A stretch of DNA of 64,000 nucleotides, from the NCBI GenBank assembly GCA_945875335.1, contig CAMCKD010000003.1:5693-69692 (forward strand), written 5' to 3'. The stretch is from an uncultured Clostridia bacterium (GTDB taxonomy: Bacteria; Bacillota; Clostridia; Oscillospirales; Oscillospiraceae). A model generated the notes under the pieces. It worked only from the letters and a program-made list of their open reading frames with translations, had not been told where the DNA came from and did no database searches. Below, one piece after another: positions 18,584-28,794 of this stretch; the stretch's first letter is position 1, and each line of letters opens with the position of its first letter. The translations under genes and the position numbers were made by a program.

Positions 18584-19444
18584 TCACCGTTCCTGTGCTC
18601 GCTGCCGCTTACGGCAGTCCGCTTCCAGCAGCTTCAAAATCCGCTCCTGAATCCGGGCAACGCTGTAGGTTTTTGGGAAGAATTTACGCAAGTCCTCCAC
18701 CCGAAAGCTGATTTTTTCCTGCTGGTTGGCCTTGGGTTCCCGGAGAATTTCAAAAATCTTATCCATATTCAGTTCCCCGGACTGGCTCAGTTTTTTCATC
18801 TGGATGGCCTGAGACAGAGAGGGAGTGCAGTCCTCGCTCTCCATGGTTTCCAGCAAATCCTGCTGCTCCTGCCCGGTCAGATAGGATAGCTCCACCGCCG
18901 GAGTGAGGGCAATTTTTCCGGCATCCACCATGCTGAGAATTTGGGGAATCAATTCAGTCAGGCGGATGTATCGCTGTACCTGTCTGCCGCTTTCGTTTTC
19001 AGCAATCAAATCCGCCGTCTCCAACTTCCCGACAACTTGTCGGGAAGTTAAGTCCGTCCGCTGTCCCTGTCTGCTCAGGGCATCCATTTTCAGCTTATAG
19101 GCAAAGGCTTTTTCACTAGGAAGTATCTTCTCCCGGTGGAGATTGCTGTCCACCAGTGCAATGGCAGCAGCATCCCGGTCAAGGGCATAAATTAAGGCAG
19201 GAACCGTTTCGATTCCTGCCTTTTGGCATGCGTGCAGTCTCCGATGCCCGGAGATTACTTCATATTCACCGTTTTCCAGAGGACGGACAACCAGCGGGGT
19301 CAATACGCCCTGGGTAAGAACGCTCCACACCAGCTGATTCATTTCGTCATCGTCCTTCACCTGGAAGGGGTGGTTTTCAAAGGGGCGCAGCTTTTGAATC
19401 GGCAGCTGCATGGCCTGTACTTCTTTGATATTACTCAAGGGCAA
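18584..19444 (-). CDS. ParB/Spo0J-like N-terminal nuclease-domain protein
   Basis: LTPLVVRPLENGEYEVISGHRRLHACQKAG ParB box; TTG start behind GAGAGG (ATG alternative at 19411). Confidence 0.85.
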   Translation of the reverse strand: MPLSNIKEVQAMQLPIQKLRPFENHPFQVKDDDEMNQLVWSVLTQGVLTPLVVRPLENGEYEVISGHRRLHACQKAGIETVPALIYALDRDAAAIALVDSNLHREKILPSEKAFAYKLKMDALSRQGQRTDLTSRQVVGKLETADLIAENESGRQVQRYIRLTELIPQILSMVDAGKIALTPAVELSYLTGQEQQDLLETMESEDCTPSLSQAIQMKKLSQSGELNMDKIFEILREPKANQQEKISFRVEDLRKFFPKTYSVARIQERILKLLEADCRKRQRAQER

Positions 19445-19492
19445 TGGTTTCCTCTCTCTTAGATTCTGTATTGCAATATCGTGTGTTCTCCA

Positions 19493-19708
19493 TTATCGGT
19501 CCCTCCGTTTCTGCCAGATGATGTCATACCCCATCACATCCGCAAGCTGAATCGCTTCCCGGTAGCGAAGGGAACCCCGGCTCAGTTTGTTGGAGAAGTT
19601 GGAAATGCTGTCGCTCCAGCCGTATTCCTCGGACAGCAGATCGACCACCTGCTGCATGGTCATGCCGGAGCGGACGATGATACTTTTGATTTCATTTTTC
19701 ACATTCAT
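19493..19708 (-). CDS. small putative DNA-binding (HTH-like) protein
   Basis: 71 aa; AGAGGT 7 nt upstream of ATG 19708; pattern ..SGMTMQQVVDLLSEEYGW..SNFSNKLSRGSLRY. Confidence 0.5.
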   Translation of the reverse strand: MNVKNEIKSIIVRSGMTMQQVVDLLSEEYGWSDSISNFSNKLSRGSLRYREAIQLADVMGYDIIWQKRRDR

Positions 19709-19913
19709 AGTCATACCTCTGATTTCTGTATTGTGATATCAGCATCGAAACTGCCGATATCGGTTATACGGTTTTGATATCGAGTCTTCGGAACAATGCA
19801 AAATTGCACGAAACCGCAGAATGAATACACGCTTCGCGCCAGCGCGATGCGGTGTAATTCTCCTGCGGTTTGGCATAGCATTTTTCTGTTTAGATAAGTC
19901 TTTGGAAATATCC

Positions 19914-20090
19914 TCACATTTCGGACTGTTCCTGATGCCTTTTCCGGCATTCGTACCGCCTGCAGCTGACGATCTCCGCCCGGAAGGTCTGCTTGCAGCG
20001 GCGTTCACAGCTCCGGCAGATGGAGTTGAACTGGATGCGCCCTGCCTGATTGCGGAACAGTTCCCACTCCTGTCCTGTGTATTTCTTCAT
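19914..20090 (-). CDS. 58-aa cysteine-rich protein (not in ORF track, below its size cutoff)
   Basis: Own translation MKKYTGQEWELFRNQAGRIQFNSICRSCERRCKQTFRAEIVSCRRYECRKRHQEQSEM*; AAGGAG 9 nt upstream of the ATG. Confidence 0.5.
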   Translation of the reverse strand: MKKYTGQEWELFRNQAGRIQFNSICRSCERRCKQTFRAEIVSCRRYECRKRHQEQSEM

Positions 20091-20157
20091 TCTGGTTTCT
20101 CCTTCTGTTTCTGTTGATGGTCTCTTGTCTGCAACAAATGCAATAAATGCAGCAAAG

Positions 20158-22563
20158 TTAAGCAGTGGGATTCACAAGAATATGCACATCCGGCGGTCTG
20201 CCGGTTCCATTGTATTCCGGCCGGGTGATTTTGAGATAGCCGTACTCTTCCAGCAGCTCCAGAATGGGAAACAGTTCCTCCGTCTTGGAGAAATACTTGC
20301 CCCGGCAGTTCTGAAACAGCTGGGAGCGCTTGATATCCATAACCTGCATTTTCCGAATCTTCGCCCAGACGAATTTCGCCTTCGCGATGTTCACATCCGC
20401 ACCCATGGTGGAGTAGGCGTGCATGGAATGGGCAAGGAAGTACTTACCGATCTCCATAGCCCGTCCGACGGTTTCCGCAGAGATTTCGTTTTCTCCTTCC
20501 ACCATATCCGCAGCATGGAGCAGCCCCGCAATCCGTAAGATTGCGCCGATGTACTTTGCCGCCCAGTCCGGAAAAATCTGCCCTTCCTCAACCATGAACC
20601 GTTCGTGTTCTTCAAAATAATCCGCGATCATTTCCTCTGCCCGCTGGGACAGCACCAGCGTCTGGGGCTCCTCACCCATGGGCAGTGCCATCAGCCGAAA
20701 GATCAGTTCCCGATACTTATCCCGAACCTCTTTGGGAATTCCCGGTGTGCGGAAGGTTCGAGTGCCAATCCGGGAGGTGGGAAAGGAATACAGAAACCTT
20801 GCCAGCAGCCCCCGCCCAACCATGGTCGTGTTTGCCATGATGCAGTCCAGCACATTGGGCTGCACAGTGAGGATCGCTGTCAGGCAGGGATTGGGAATGT
20901 ACTCTGCTTCCCGGCTCATACGATCCACGGAAATCGGATCACCGCAGTGGGCTTTCAGCCAGGTATCCAGATTAGCTGTGCTGCTGTAGCGACCAGCCAG
21001 AATATCAAAAATGCCGCCCTCTGAGGAAATAACCGACAGCGTGCCGCCATTGTTCGCAAGCAGATTCGTCAGTGCCTCACTGGAGCAATCATCCGCAAAG
21101 AATCTGCGCGGTTTCTCCACCGGTATCGCTTCCAATTCATCCTCCAGCTGCTGAAGCTCCAGTTCCATTTCCCGGTTTTCTTTGGATTCCAGCTTCTTTT
21201 TAATGCCTGTAATCTGCCTCTGTAGTGCCTCCCTCTTTCGTTCACTGGTGCGAATTTCCTCTGCGTGGTCAGCATTGAACTGCATTTCATAATCATACAG
21301 CACTCGGGTCATATCCCGGATGACGCCAGATTTCCGTTCGCCTGGGGCTGCAATCACCAGCGTGTAGAGGTTCAGCGGCTCGTAGTACCCCGGCATGCCC
21401 TGTACCCGGAACTTCCCCTGCAAGGCGGTTGCCAGCACACCCAGACCGATTACCGCCGCCATTCCGGGAGAAGTCTGACTGTTTTCAGAAACAGCGTTTA
21501 CATAATCTCTGACCACTGGTGGAAGTGCAGCCACAGGAAAACCCGGCAGTTCCCCGATGGCAGGTGTCAGGGGAATCACCGGCAAAAACTCCGGCTCTGC
21601 GTCACACTTGGGCTGGTAGGTTTCCGAACATTTCTGGATCGCATTGCGAATGGTGATGGCACCGTAGGTACTGCCGGACTGGGGCCTGTCCCACTTCTCT
21701 CTCATGAGACCGGAGACGCGGAACAGTCGATCCATCCGCATGGCATTTCCGCCTGTCCAGAATGCCAGATGGCTGCACAGCGCCATGTCGGCTTCGGAAT
21801 GTGACTGGAAATTCCCGGTATCCCCACAGTACAGCTTCCAGAAGCGGTTTCCATTTTTGCTTTTCCTCGCCTTATCCAGAAGGTCGCTGTCTTCCGGTGC
21901 AGGGGCGGCAGGGCCGCCAGCCAATGCGTTACCAACTCCTATAGCGGCTGTTACACCATTGGACCCGCTCGATTCGATACTGCGACAAGAATTTACTGCA
22001 TTTATTGCATTTCTTGCAGGGTTCTCGGGTCGCAGCATAAATCGTTCCAGAACCTCTTTCAGCTCCTCCGTGCGGTCACCAAACTCATACCACTGGCAGA
22101 TATCTCCTGTGAGGGTCACATATTTGCTGGTGGCTCCGGCAACATACACCTCCACCCCGGCTTTGTGATTCATTGTGTAGTAGCGCTGGCTGTCATACTG
22201 GAAATCCTTTGCGAAGAAATACAGGTGCAGCCCCTTTTTGCTGGGGCTGAACTCTGTGTAGGTGTGCATGATCTCCACAATGGTTGCCGCCGGTTCCGTG
22301 AAATAGCCGCTGTCGGTGACGCAGTTGTCCAGATCAATGGCGCACAGCCCGCCAAAGATTCCAAGACCGATGCCGTCATACCCCTGTGCCAGGAGGGCGG
22401 TTTCAAAAGGGGCAAAAGTTCCCGGGTCGTTGCTTTTCGCCATCTGCCCGGTGTTGGGATTGTAGGGGACTTTCGTTTTTCTCCCACCACGCTCTTCCAT
22501 ACGCCAGCAGCAGAATCTGCCTTGCGCCAGAATCTCGGGTGGAACTTCGTGATAGTTGTTCAT
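20158..22563 (-). CDS. bifunctional prim-pol type primase with C-terminal DUF3987/YfjI-like helicase domain
   Basis: N-terminus RFCCWRMEERGGRKTKVPYNP..GIGLGI..AIDLDNC prim-pol pattern; central Walker A APGERKSG; AAGGAG upstream of ATG 22563. Confidence 0.8.
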   Translation of the reverse strand: MNNYHEVPPEILAQGRFCCWRMEERGGRKTKVPYNPNTGQMAKSNDPGTFAPFETALLAQGYDGIGLGIFGGLCAIDLDNCVTDSGYFTEPAATIVEIMHTYTEFSPSKKGLHLYFFAKDFQYDSQRYYTMNHKAGVEVYVAGATSKYVTLTGDICQWYEFGDRTEELKEVLERFMLRPENPARNAINAVNSCRSIESSGSNGVTAAIGVGNALAGGPAAPAPEDSDLLDKARKSKNGNRFWKLYCGDTGNFQSHSEADMALCSHLAFWTGGNAMRMDRLFRVSGLMREKWDRPQSGSTYGAITIRNAIQKCSETYQPKCDAEPEFLPVIPLTPAIGELPGFPVAALPPVVRDYVNAVSENSQTSPGMAAVIGLGVLATALQGKFRVQGMPGYYEPLNLYTLVIAAPGERKSGVIRDMTRVLYDYEMQFNADHAEEIRTSERKREALQRQITGIKKKLESKENREMELELQQLEDELEAIPVEKPRRFFADDCSSEALTNLLANNGGTLSVISSEGGIFDILAGRYSSTANLDTWLKAHCGDPISVDRMSREAEYIPNPCLTAILTVQPNVLDCIMANTTMVGRGLLARFLYSFPTSRIGTRTFRTPGIPKEVRDKYRELIFRLMALPMGEEPQTLVLSQRAEEMIADYFEEHERFMVEEGQIFPDWAAKYIGAILRIAGLLHAADMVEGENEISAETVGRAMEIGKYFLAHSMHAYSTMGADVNIAKAKFVWAKIRKMQVMDIKRSQLFQNCRGKYFSKTEELFPILELLEEYGYLKITRPEYNGTGRPPDVHILVNPTA

Positions 22564-22851
22564 GCTTGATCTCCTTTTCAAAATCGTATGTATGCCGCTC
22601 TGCCCGAACCAGTTCCTGCCCGGCATTTCCCCCGGCGTTTTCTCCTCCTAGGCACGCTCATTTCTCACCGCGATGCTTCCCCGGAGGACATATCCCTTTC
22701 GGACGGTCATTCAGTTTTCAAGCTTCACCCGTAGTCCCAAATGCGGTTTTCGTTGCATTCGGGCAAGCAACTCTGTCCGTATTTTACAACATAAAAAGGG
22801 CCTTTCCCGGATATCCAAAAGGATGGAAAAGACCCACAAAATTTGATATTT

Positions 22852-22879
22852 CCACGGTTATAGACAGCCGTGGTATAAT
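22852..22879 (+). promoter_or_regulatory. TG-extended -10 (TGGTATAAT) overlapped by inverted repeat CCACGG-N10-CCGTGG (candidate operator)
   Basis: -10 at 22874..22879; palindrome arms at 22852..22857 and 22868..22873; 30 nt upstream of the XRE start. Confidence 0.45.
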
Positions 22880-22908
22880 GGAAGAAAACTGTTTTGGAGA
22901 CTGCTTTT

Positions 22909-23760
22909 ATGAATACAAAACTGACCATACAGGAGAGACTGAAGGACCTGCGGGTGGAACGGCACCTGACTTTGGAGCAGCTTGCGGAGGAAACCGGCGT
23001 TTCCAAATCCGCACTGGGCAAGTATGAATCCGATGACTTCAAGGACATCAGCCCATTCAGTATCGTCACCCTGGCGAAATTCTACGGCGTGTCCACGGAC
23101 TATCTGCTGGGACTGACGGAAACAAAAAATCACCCAAACACAGACCTGCACGATCTGCATCTGGGTGATGATATGATTGAATTGCTGAAAAGCGGAAAGC
23201 TCAACAACCGGTTGCTGTCTGAGCTGGCTCTGCACAAGGACTTCCAGCGGTTCTTGGTGGACATTGAGATATTTGTGGATCGCATTGCCGATATGCGGAT
23301 CAACGACATGAACGCCATTCTGGAAGCCAACCGAAAGCAAATCATGGAAAAGCACAATCCGGGCGAGAATGATCTGTATGTGCGCACCCTGGAGCTGGCG
23401 CAGGTCAGCGAGGAAAACTACTTTACACATGTGGTTCACAGGGACATTGACGGTATCATGACGGATCTTCGGGAAGCCCACAGAAAGGATACCACCACTG
23501 CCGATACCGCTTCTCCTGTTGCCGAAATTCAAAAGCAGATGGAGACCGCCATGCACTACGAGGGAACTGAGGAAGAAAAGAAAGCCCGGCTGTTCCTGGC
23601 TACTCTCGGCATTGATTATGACAAGCTGACCCCGGAGGAATTTGTCACACAGATCAACATTCTCAAGAAGTCCGAACACCTGAAAAGCCCCAATAACCAG
23701 CGCGGGAAAGCTTTGCCCTATCAGGTGCATGGGAAAGGGAATCGGAAAAGGCATAAGTGA
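22909..23760 (+). CDS. XRE-family HTH regulator with long C-terminal extension
   Basis: LKDLRVERHLTLEQLAEETGVSKSALGKYES HTH_3 pattern; about 200 aa of additional helical sequence. Confidence 0.85.
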   Translation: MNTKLTIQERLKDLRVERHLTLEQLAEETGVSKSALGKYESDDFKDISPFSIVTLAKFYGVSTDYLLGLTETKNHPNTDLHDLHLGDDMIELLKSGKLNNRLLSELALHKDFQRFLVDIEIFVDRIADMRINDMNAILEANRKQIMEKHNPGENDLYVRTLELAQVSEENYFTHVVHRDIDGIMTDLREAHRKDTTTADTASPVAEIQKQMETAMHYEGTEEEKKARLFLATLGIDYDKLTPEEFVTQINILKKSEHLKSPNNQRGKALPYQVHGKGNRKRHK

Positions 23761-24141
23761 CGAAAATAGAAAAGGCATCTGTTTTTCAGGTATCGCAAAC
23801 TGAGTAACCGTTTTGGCAAGCAGTGTCTGGGTGCTACCCAGCCTTATTTTGCTTGTTGGGGCGAATCCCCCAATCCCCCAGATCAGCACTGCATGCTGGC
23901 TGCGCATTTTCAAATGCTGATTTGGCAAGCCTGATCGATGCACAATTTCGTCTATTGGAAAGTGGCGGATACCTCACAAAGCCATCAAGGGCGGCGTGTT
24001 TCACGCCGCCCTTACAGAGATGCATAGGCAAAATATACGGATAGAAATGTCAAATCTCTCTTTCCCATTTCGCAATTCTGGTGTATAATAACTTCATCGA
24101 AAGCAATTTTATCATGGGCTACCAGCCGGAAAGGAATCAGT

Positions 24142-25275
24142 ATGAACTACATCCTAAAGCATTTTGATACGCCGCTGATTTCCTTTTCTGCCCGGAGCGG
24201 TGCGGAACCGGATATTCAGATTCTGTCCGTAAACGAATCCTGCCGGGAGCTGTTCCCACTGGATTTGGCGGAAGTCAGTCCTGCCGGTCTGGAATCCTGG
24301 ATTCGTCACAGAACCATCCCGCGCAACCGGGCGTATGTGGACAATCTTCTCAGCACCATGGGATTGAGTCTGAATCGCCCGATGGATGTGCTGAAGGTCT
24401 CCAAAGGACTGAGCCTGAACGATTGCTACTGGGTAACCGAAGCGGAGTTCTCCGGCAGTTTTGAGAAATTCAATCTCTATGACAATCGGTTCAGCCGCGT
24501 GCTGGGGCAGATCGCCTTCACCGGCTTTGGCAGTTCCGGCTCCATCCTGTCCTCCAGCCCGGAGTTTACCACGGGCGGTATGCTGCCCAAATGCTGGCGC
24601 AGAGAGGGCGGCATCATCCGCCTCTACAAAGGCGGTACCCAAGGTGCCTCCAACACCGGGTTCGAGCCTTACTCCGAGTTCTACGCCTCCCAGATTGCCA
24701 AAATTCTGGAAGTCAACGCCATCGACTATTCCATTTCCCGCTGGAAGGAGACCCTGTGCTCCACCTGTGAGCTGTTCACCAGCAAAGACATCTCCTTTGT
24801 ACCTGTGGGGAGAATTGTCCGCAGCGGCGGTATGAAAGCCGTCCGGGCGTTCTGCGAATCACTGGGCGAGGAGTATGTGCAGGCATTGAACGACATGATC
24901 GTTTTTGATGCCGTCATTTTCAATACCGACCGGCATTACGGGAATTTCGGTTTCCTCGTAGACAGCCACACCAACCAGATCATTGCCCCGGCTCCGCTGT
25001 TTGACCACGGCAATGCGCTGCTGAATCTGGCAGGCGCCGAAGCCCTGAAGAGCAAGGAAAACATTCTGAAGTATTCCAAAACCCAGATGCCCTGTGTATA
25101 CGATGATTTCGTAGGGGAAGCCAAAAAGGTCATGACCCATGAGCACAGAAATCATCTGCGCAAGCTCCTGGACTTCCGCTTCAAGCGGCACAGCCGATAC
25201 AACCTGAGCCCCAATCGGATGGCTCTCGTGGAGTTTGCCGTGCAGAGCAGAGTAAAGGAACTGTTGGAAGAATAA
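24142..25275 (+). CDS. HipA-like serine/threonine kinase (putative toxin)
   Basis: HipA_C catalytic pattern FNTDRHYGNFGF..PLFDHGNAL; AAAGGA RBS. Confidence 0.75.
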   Translation: MNYILKHFDTPLISFSARSGAEPDIQILSVNESCRELFPLDLAEVSPAGLESWIRHRTIPRNRAYVDNLLSTMGLSLNRPMDVLKVSKGLSLNDCYWVTEAEFSGSFEKFNLYDNRFSRVLGQIAFTGFGSSGSILSSSPEFTTGGMLPKCWRREGGIIRLYKGGTQGASNTGFEPYSEFYASQIAKILEVNAIDYSISRWKETLCSTCELFTSKDISFVPVGRIVRSGGMKAVRAFCESLGEEYVQALNDMIVFDAVIFNTDRHYGNFGFLVDSHTNQIIAPAPLFDHGNALLNLAGAEALKSKENILKYSKTQMPCVYDDFVGEAKKVMTHEHRNHLRKLLDFRFKRHSRYNLSPNRMALVEFAVQSRVKELLEE

Positions 25276-25418
25276 CGCAATGCCCACCGATCAATTCTGA
25301 CCGGTGGGTGTTTTTCGTCATGTGTAATACTCTTTCCATTCCTATTGTATTTCTCGCAAAATCACAGATCTCCTTTAAAAATATAGAGACTTGTGGGATT
25401 TTGTTTTACTGCAATGAA

Positions 25419-28400
25419 TCAATTGTTTTCCTCAAAGTTCTCGACCTGCTCCATAACTTTTCGGAACACCTCAGGGCTGTACTGCGGTGGATAGCCATTC
25501 TTGATGAGGCATACTTTGATATCAAATTTGAGTTGATCGCGGACAATCTGATTATTGAGCCAGTCTGCAAACGAGGATTTCGTGTCAATAATCTCCTTAA
25601 TCTTTTTTGCCAGAGCCTTGCACTTGTCATTTACAGAGATGCCATTGACATTGCGATCCTCGCCGTATTCAAAATTATACTCGTCCCGCAGCGCCATCAG
25701 AATATCGTAAAACGCTTTTTCCTCAAATGTCAGCCCGATTTTCCGGAAGCTTTCCCGGTCTGCATGCATTTCTCTCAGGATTCGGAGTGCCTGCTCGGTC
25801 GCATTGCGGATGATTTCTTCCGAAGTTACCTCCTGCGCCTCGCCCGCTTCTTCCTCCGTGAGATGTTTGCGGCGCTCATGGTACTCCCGGATTGTGGCTT
25901 CCAACATTTCCTGATACTTTTTTGCGGCAACCTGGTTTGTTCTGCTATAGTCCGTTATCTGTTTACGAAGCAATTTAACCAAAACTTCCAGCTTGGATGC
26001 AGGCAGCCTTACATCAGAGAGCTTTTCCGTAAACTCAGGACTGAACAGATCCTCTTCCTCGCCTTCGTCAAGAATACCTTCCACCTTGCTGTAGCTCAGC
26101 GCCTCTTCGACCATCCTTGCCACATGACGGTTCATGCTATCAGTATCCACATCACTGGTGCCGCTCATCTTGCGAACAAATCCAGCTATTGCCATAAAGC
26201 ATTGGGCGAGAGAAGATTCTTCTTCACCCAGTTCGCCGGAAGGCTGGCAGATATCATAAGCTGCACGCATACGCTTTACATTGGTTAGGAAATACTTCTG
26301 AAAAGAAACCCTTTTGACGGCTTTGCCCCCGTTTTTCTCCACATTCAGCTCCTGAGTTGAAATAAATACATATTCTGCCGCTCTGGCCAGCAATGTATAT
26401 CTTTCTACCGGATTGCCGTTTGGATTGAGGAAAGGCTTCAGATCAAAGCCTGCAAACAAATCTTTCAGGATTGCCAGTTGTTCCCGGAAAACTTGCGTTG
26501 CCTGCTCCACATCGTCCTGCGTTGGAGCAACCGAACTGTCACCTCCGTACAGCTTCATGGCCTGACGCATATTCCTGCGGATACCAATATAGTCAATCAC
26601 CATGCCGTATTCTTTTCCTGGGTATTTGCGATTCACACGACTGATGGTCTGGATCAACAGATGCTTTTGCAGAGGTTTATCATTGTACAAGTAGGTAAGC
26701 GTCGGAACATCAAAGCCTGTAATCCACATATCCACAACGATGACAATGTGGAAATTTGATTTTTCCTGTTTGAATGCGATGTCCAATGCGTCCGAGCGCT
26801 TCCCATTTTTCACGCCGCCCAGATAATTGTACATATCCGGCTTATCATTGCTGCCTACGCTGGCAACCATCGCCATAAACGGCATCGGCTTCAGTTCTCG
26901 CAGTTCTTCTTCCGTAGCAGCAACTCCATCGGGAGTTTTCTTTTCCTCAAACCATTCCGGGTATTTTTCCTGGAACTTTTTCAGAAGTTCGTAGGCAATC
27001 GGTCGGCTGGAGCAAACAATCATCGCCTTTTGTATCCGGTCGGGGTCGTTTGCGCAGGCGGATACATAGTGATCGTGAATATCCACAGCAAGCCGCTCCA
27101 GGCGGGAAGGCTCTCCCAGTATGACTTCCATGGAACTCATGGCTTTTTTGCTGGCTTCAATATCTTCCTTGGTTGCCCCATCCTCAGCGCACTTTCCGTA
27201 GTACTCCTCAATCTCCTTCACTTTCTTCTCATCGAGAAGAACTTTGGCGATTCTGGGATGGTACTTGATAGAAACCGTCAGTCCGTCGGCAACTGCCTGA
27301 TCCATAGTATAGCGATCGATTTCGTCGCCAAAGGTTTGATAGGTTTCGGCAATAGGCGTGCCCGTAAAGCCCACAAAAGTAGCTTGAGGGAATGCCTCCC
27401 GCAGTACCTTCGCATAGGGTTTGGAAATCATGGCTCGCATATTCTCGTCAGCATCCTTGCTGAACTGAATTTTTTTGGAATGCTCCAGCTGGGTTCTGTG
27501 GGCTTCATCCGAAAAACAGATAATATTGACCCGTTTGTTGATCAGACCCACTTTATCATCTTCGCGGTCGCAGAATTTTTGAATGGTGCAGATATAGAAG
27601 CCGCCGCTTTCCCGGGCACCCAGTTCCTGACGCAGCTCTTTTCGATTTTTTACAACCTTGACCTCGCCGAGATTCAGGAATTCGGTACTCTTGGTGAATA
27701 GCTTCGCTCCCTGCTTTTGCAACTCATCCCGATCCACAATCATAACGATGGTTGGGGAGCCAATCTCCGGCACATCGGTGCAGCGCAGAGCCAGTTGTCG
27801 GGCCAGGAAAGCCATGGTGTAGGTTTTGCCGCAGCCGGTTGCGCCGAAATAGGTGCCGCCCTTTCCGGTTTTCTCCCTTACAGATCTCGCAATGCTCTGC
27901 TTCAGCTTGCGGGCAGCAAAGAACTGGGGATACCGACACACGATTTCCACTTCATCGCTGTCATAGATACTGTCCTGGAAGTAGATGTAGTCACGGAAGA
28001 TTTCCAGGAATCTGGCAGGACTGTATACGCCCTGAATCATGGTCTGCATTTCATCAAAAGGCATGGTAGACAGCTTGTCTTCCTCATTGACACGCCGCCA
28101 GGCATAGAAATGCTCATATGGGGTACGAACCGTACCCAGTCTGGTTTTCACGCCATCCGAAATACAGGCCAGCGGACAGTAGTGCAGCAGATGGGGGATA
28201 TCACGCCAATAGCGGATATTGATCTGCTCCCACGCATCGAAAATGGTCGCGTTGCCGTCTGCCGGATTCTTCAGTTCCATAATGCACAGCGGCAGGCCAT
28301 TGACATACAGCAGAATATCCGGGCGGCGGGTCTGTACCTGACCATTGTTGGTATACTCTACCGCGAACTGGTTGACCGCACGGAAGATATTTTTCTCCGG

Positions 28401-28748
28401 CTCATCAAAGTTGATCAGCTGCACCATGCGGGGAATGCCGCTCTGGGGTGTAAACTGAATGCCATTAACCATCCAGCCATAGACCTTATGTAAGGTTGCA
28501 AAATCACTCTCCGCGCCAACCAGCCGAACGGTATCCATGATCTGCCGGATTTCCTCAGTGGTCAGATCGGGGTTGCCGGAGCGCAGAAACTGCTCCTGAT
28601 CGTCATAGTACAGCACATCCCGTTTGGAATTTCGGGACATACTCTTTCCGGACAGGTACTGCCAACCTTCCGCCTCCAGCATGGACAAAAAGGTGGCTTC
28701 AAACTCCCATTCGCAGTAGTGACCATTGTAGTTCTGTAGTTTGGCCAT
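25419..28748 (-). CDS. hsdR: Type I restriction enzyme R subunit
   Basis: 1109 aa; N-terminal nuclease region, GATGCGKT Walker A, FSDEAHR DEAH box, TGFD helicase motif. Confidence 0.9.
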   Translation of the reverse strand: MAKLQNYNGHYCEWEFEATFLSMLEAEGWQYLSGKSMSRNSKRDVLYYDDQEQFLRSGNPDLTTEEIRQIMDTVRLVGAESDFATLHKVYGWMVNGIQFTPQSGIPRMVQLINFDEPEKNIFRAVNQFAVEYTNNGQVQTRRPDILLYVNGLPLCIMELKNPADGNATIFDAWEQINIRYWRDIPHLLHYCPLACISDGVKTRLGTVRTPYEHFYAWRRVNEEDKLSTMPFDEMQTMIQGVYSPARFLEIFRDYIYFQDSIYDSDEVEIVCRYPQFFAARKLKQSIARSVREKTGKGGTYFGATGCGKTYTMAFLARQLALRCTDVPEIGSPTIVMIVDRDELQKQGAKLFTKSTEFLNLGEVKVVKNRKELRQELGARESGGFYICTIQKFCDREDDKVGLINKRVNIICFSDEAHRTQLEHSKKIQFSKDADENMRAMISKPYAKVLREAFPQATFVGFTGTPIAETYQTFGDEIDRYTMDQAVADGLTVSIKYHPRIAKVLLDEKKVKEIEEYYGKCAEDGATKEDIEASKKAMSSMEVILGEPSRLERLAVDIHDHYVSACANDPDRIQKAMIVCSSRPIAYELLKKFQEKYPEWFEEKKTPDGVAATEEELRELKPMPFMAMVASVGSNDKPDMYNYLGGVKNGKRSDALDIAFKQEKSNFHIVIVVDMWITGFDVPTLTYLYNDKPLQKHLLIQTISRVNRKYPGKEYGMVIDYIGIRRNMRQAMKLYGGDSSVAPTQDDVEQATQVFREQLAILKDLFAGFDLKPFLNPNGNPVERYTLLARAAEYVFISTQELNVEKNGGKAVKRVSFQKYFLTNVKRMRAAYDICQPSGELGEEESSLAQCFMAIAGFVRKMSGTSDVDTDSMNRHVARMVEEALSYSKVEGILDEGEEEDLFSPEFTEKLSDVRLPASKLEVLVKLLRKQITDYSRTNQVAAKKYQEMLEATIREYHERRKHLTEEEAGEAQEVTSEEIIRNATEQALRILREMHADRESFRKIGLTFEEKAFYDILMALRDEYNFEYGEDRNVNGISVNDKCKALAKKIKEIIDTKSSFADWLNNQIVRDQLKFDIKVCLIKNGYPPQYSPEVFRKVMEQVENFEENN

Positions 28749-28794
28749 AACGATTCCCCCGATACCTAAGGAAAGGTATTGATTATTTTACAGG

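Noticed and set aside
22858-23943. 361-aa minus-strand ORF opposite the XRE gene
   Set aside because: The plus frame has a clear HTH_3 motif, an RBS and a promoter. The minus frame has no motifs and would leave the HTH unexplained.
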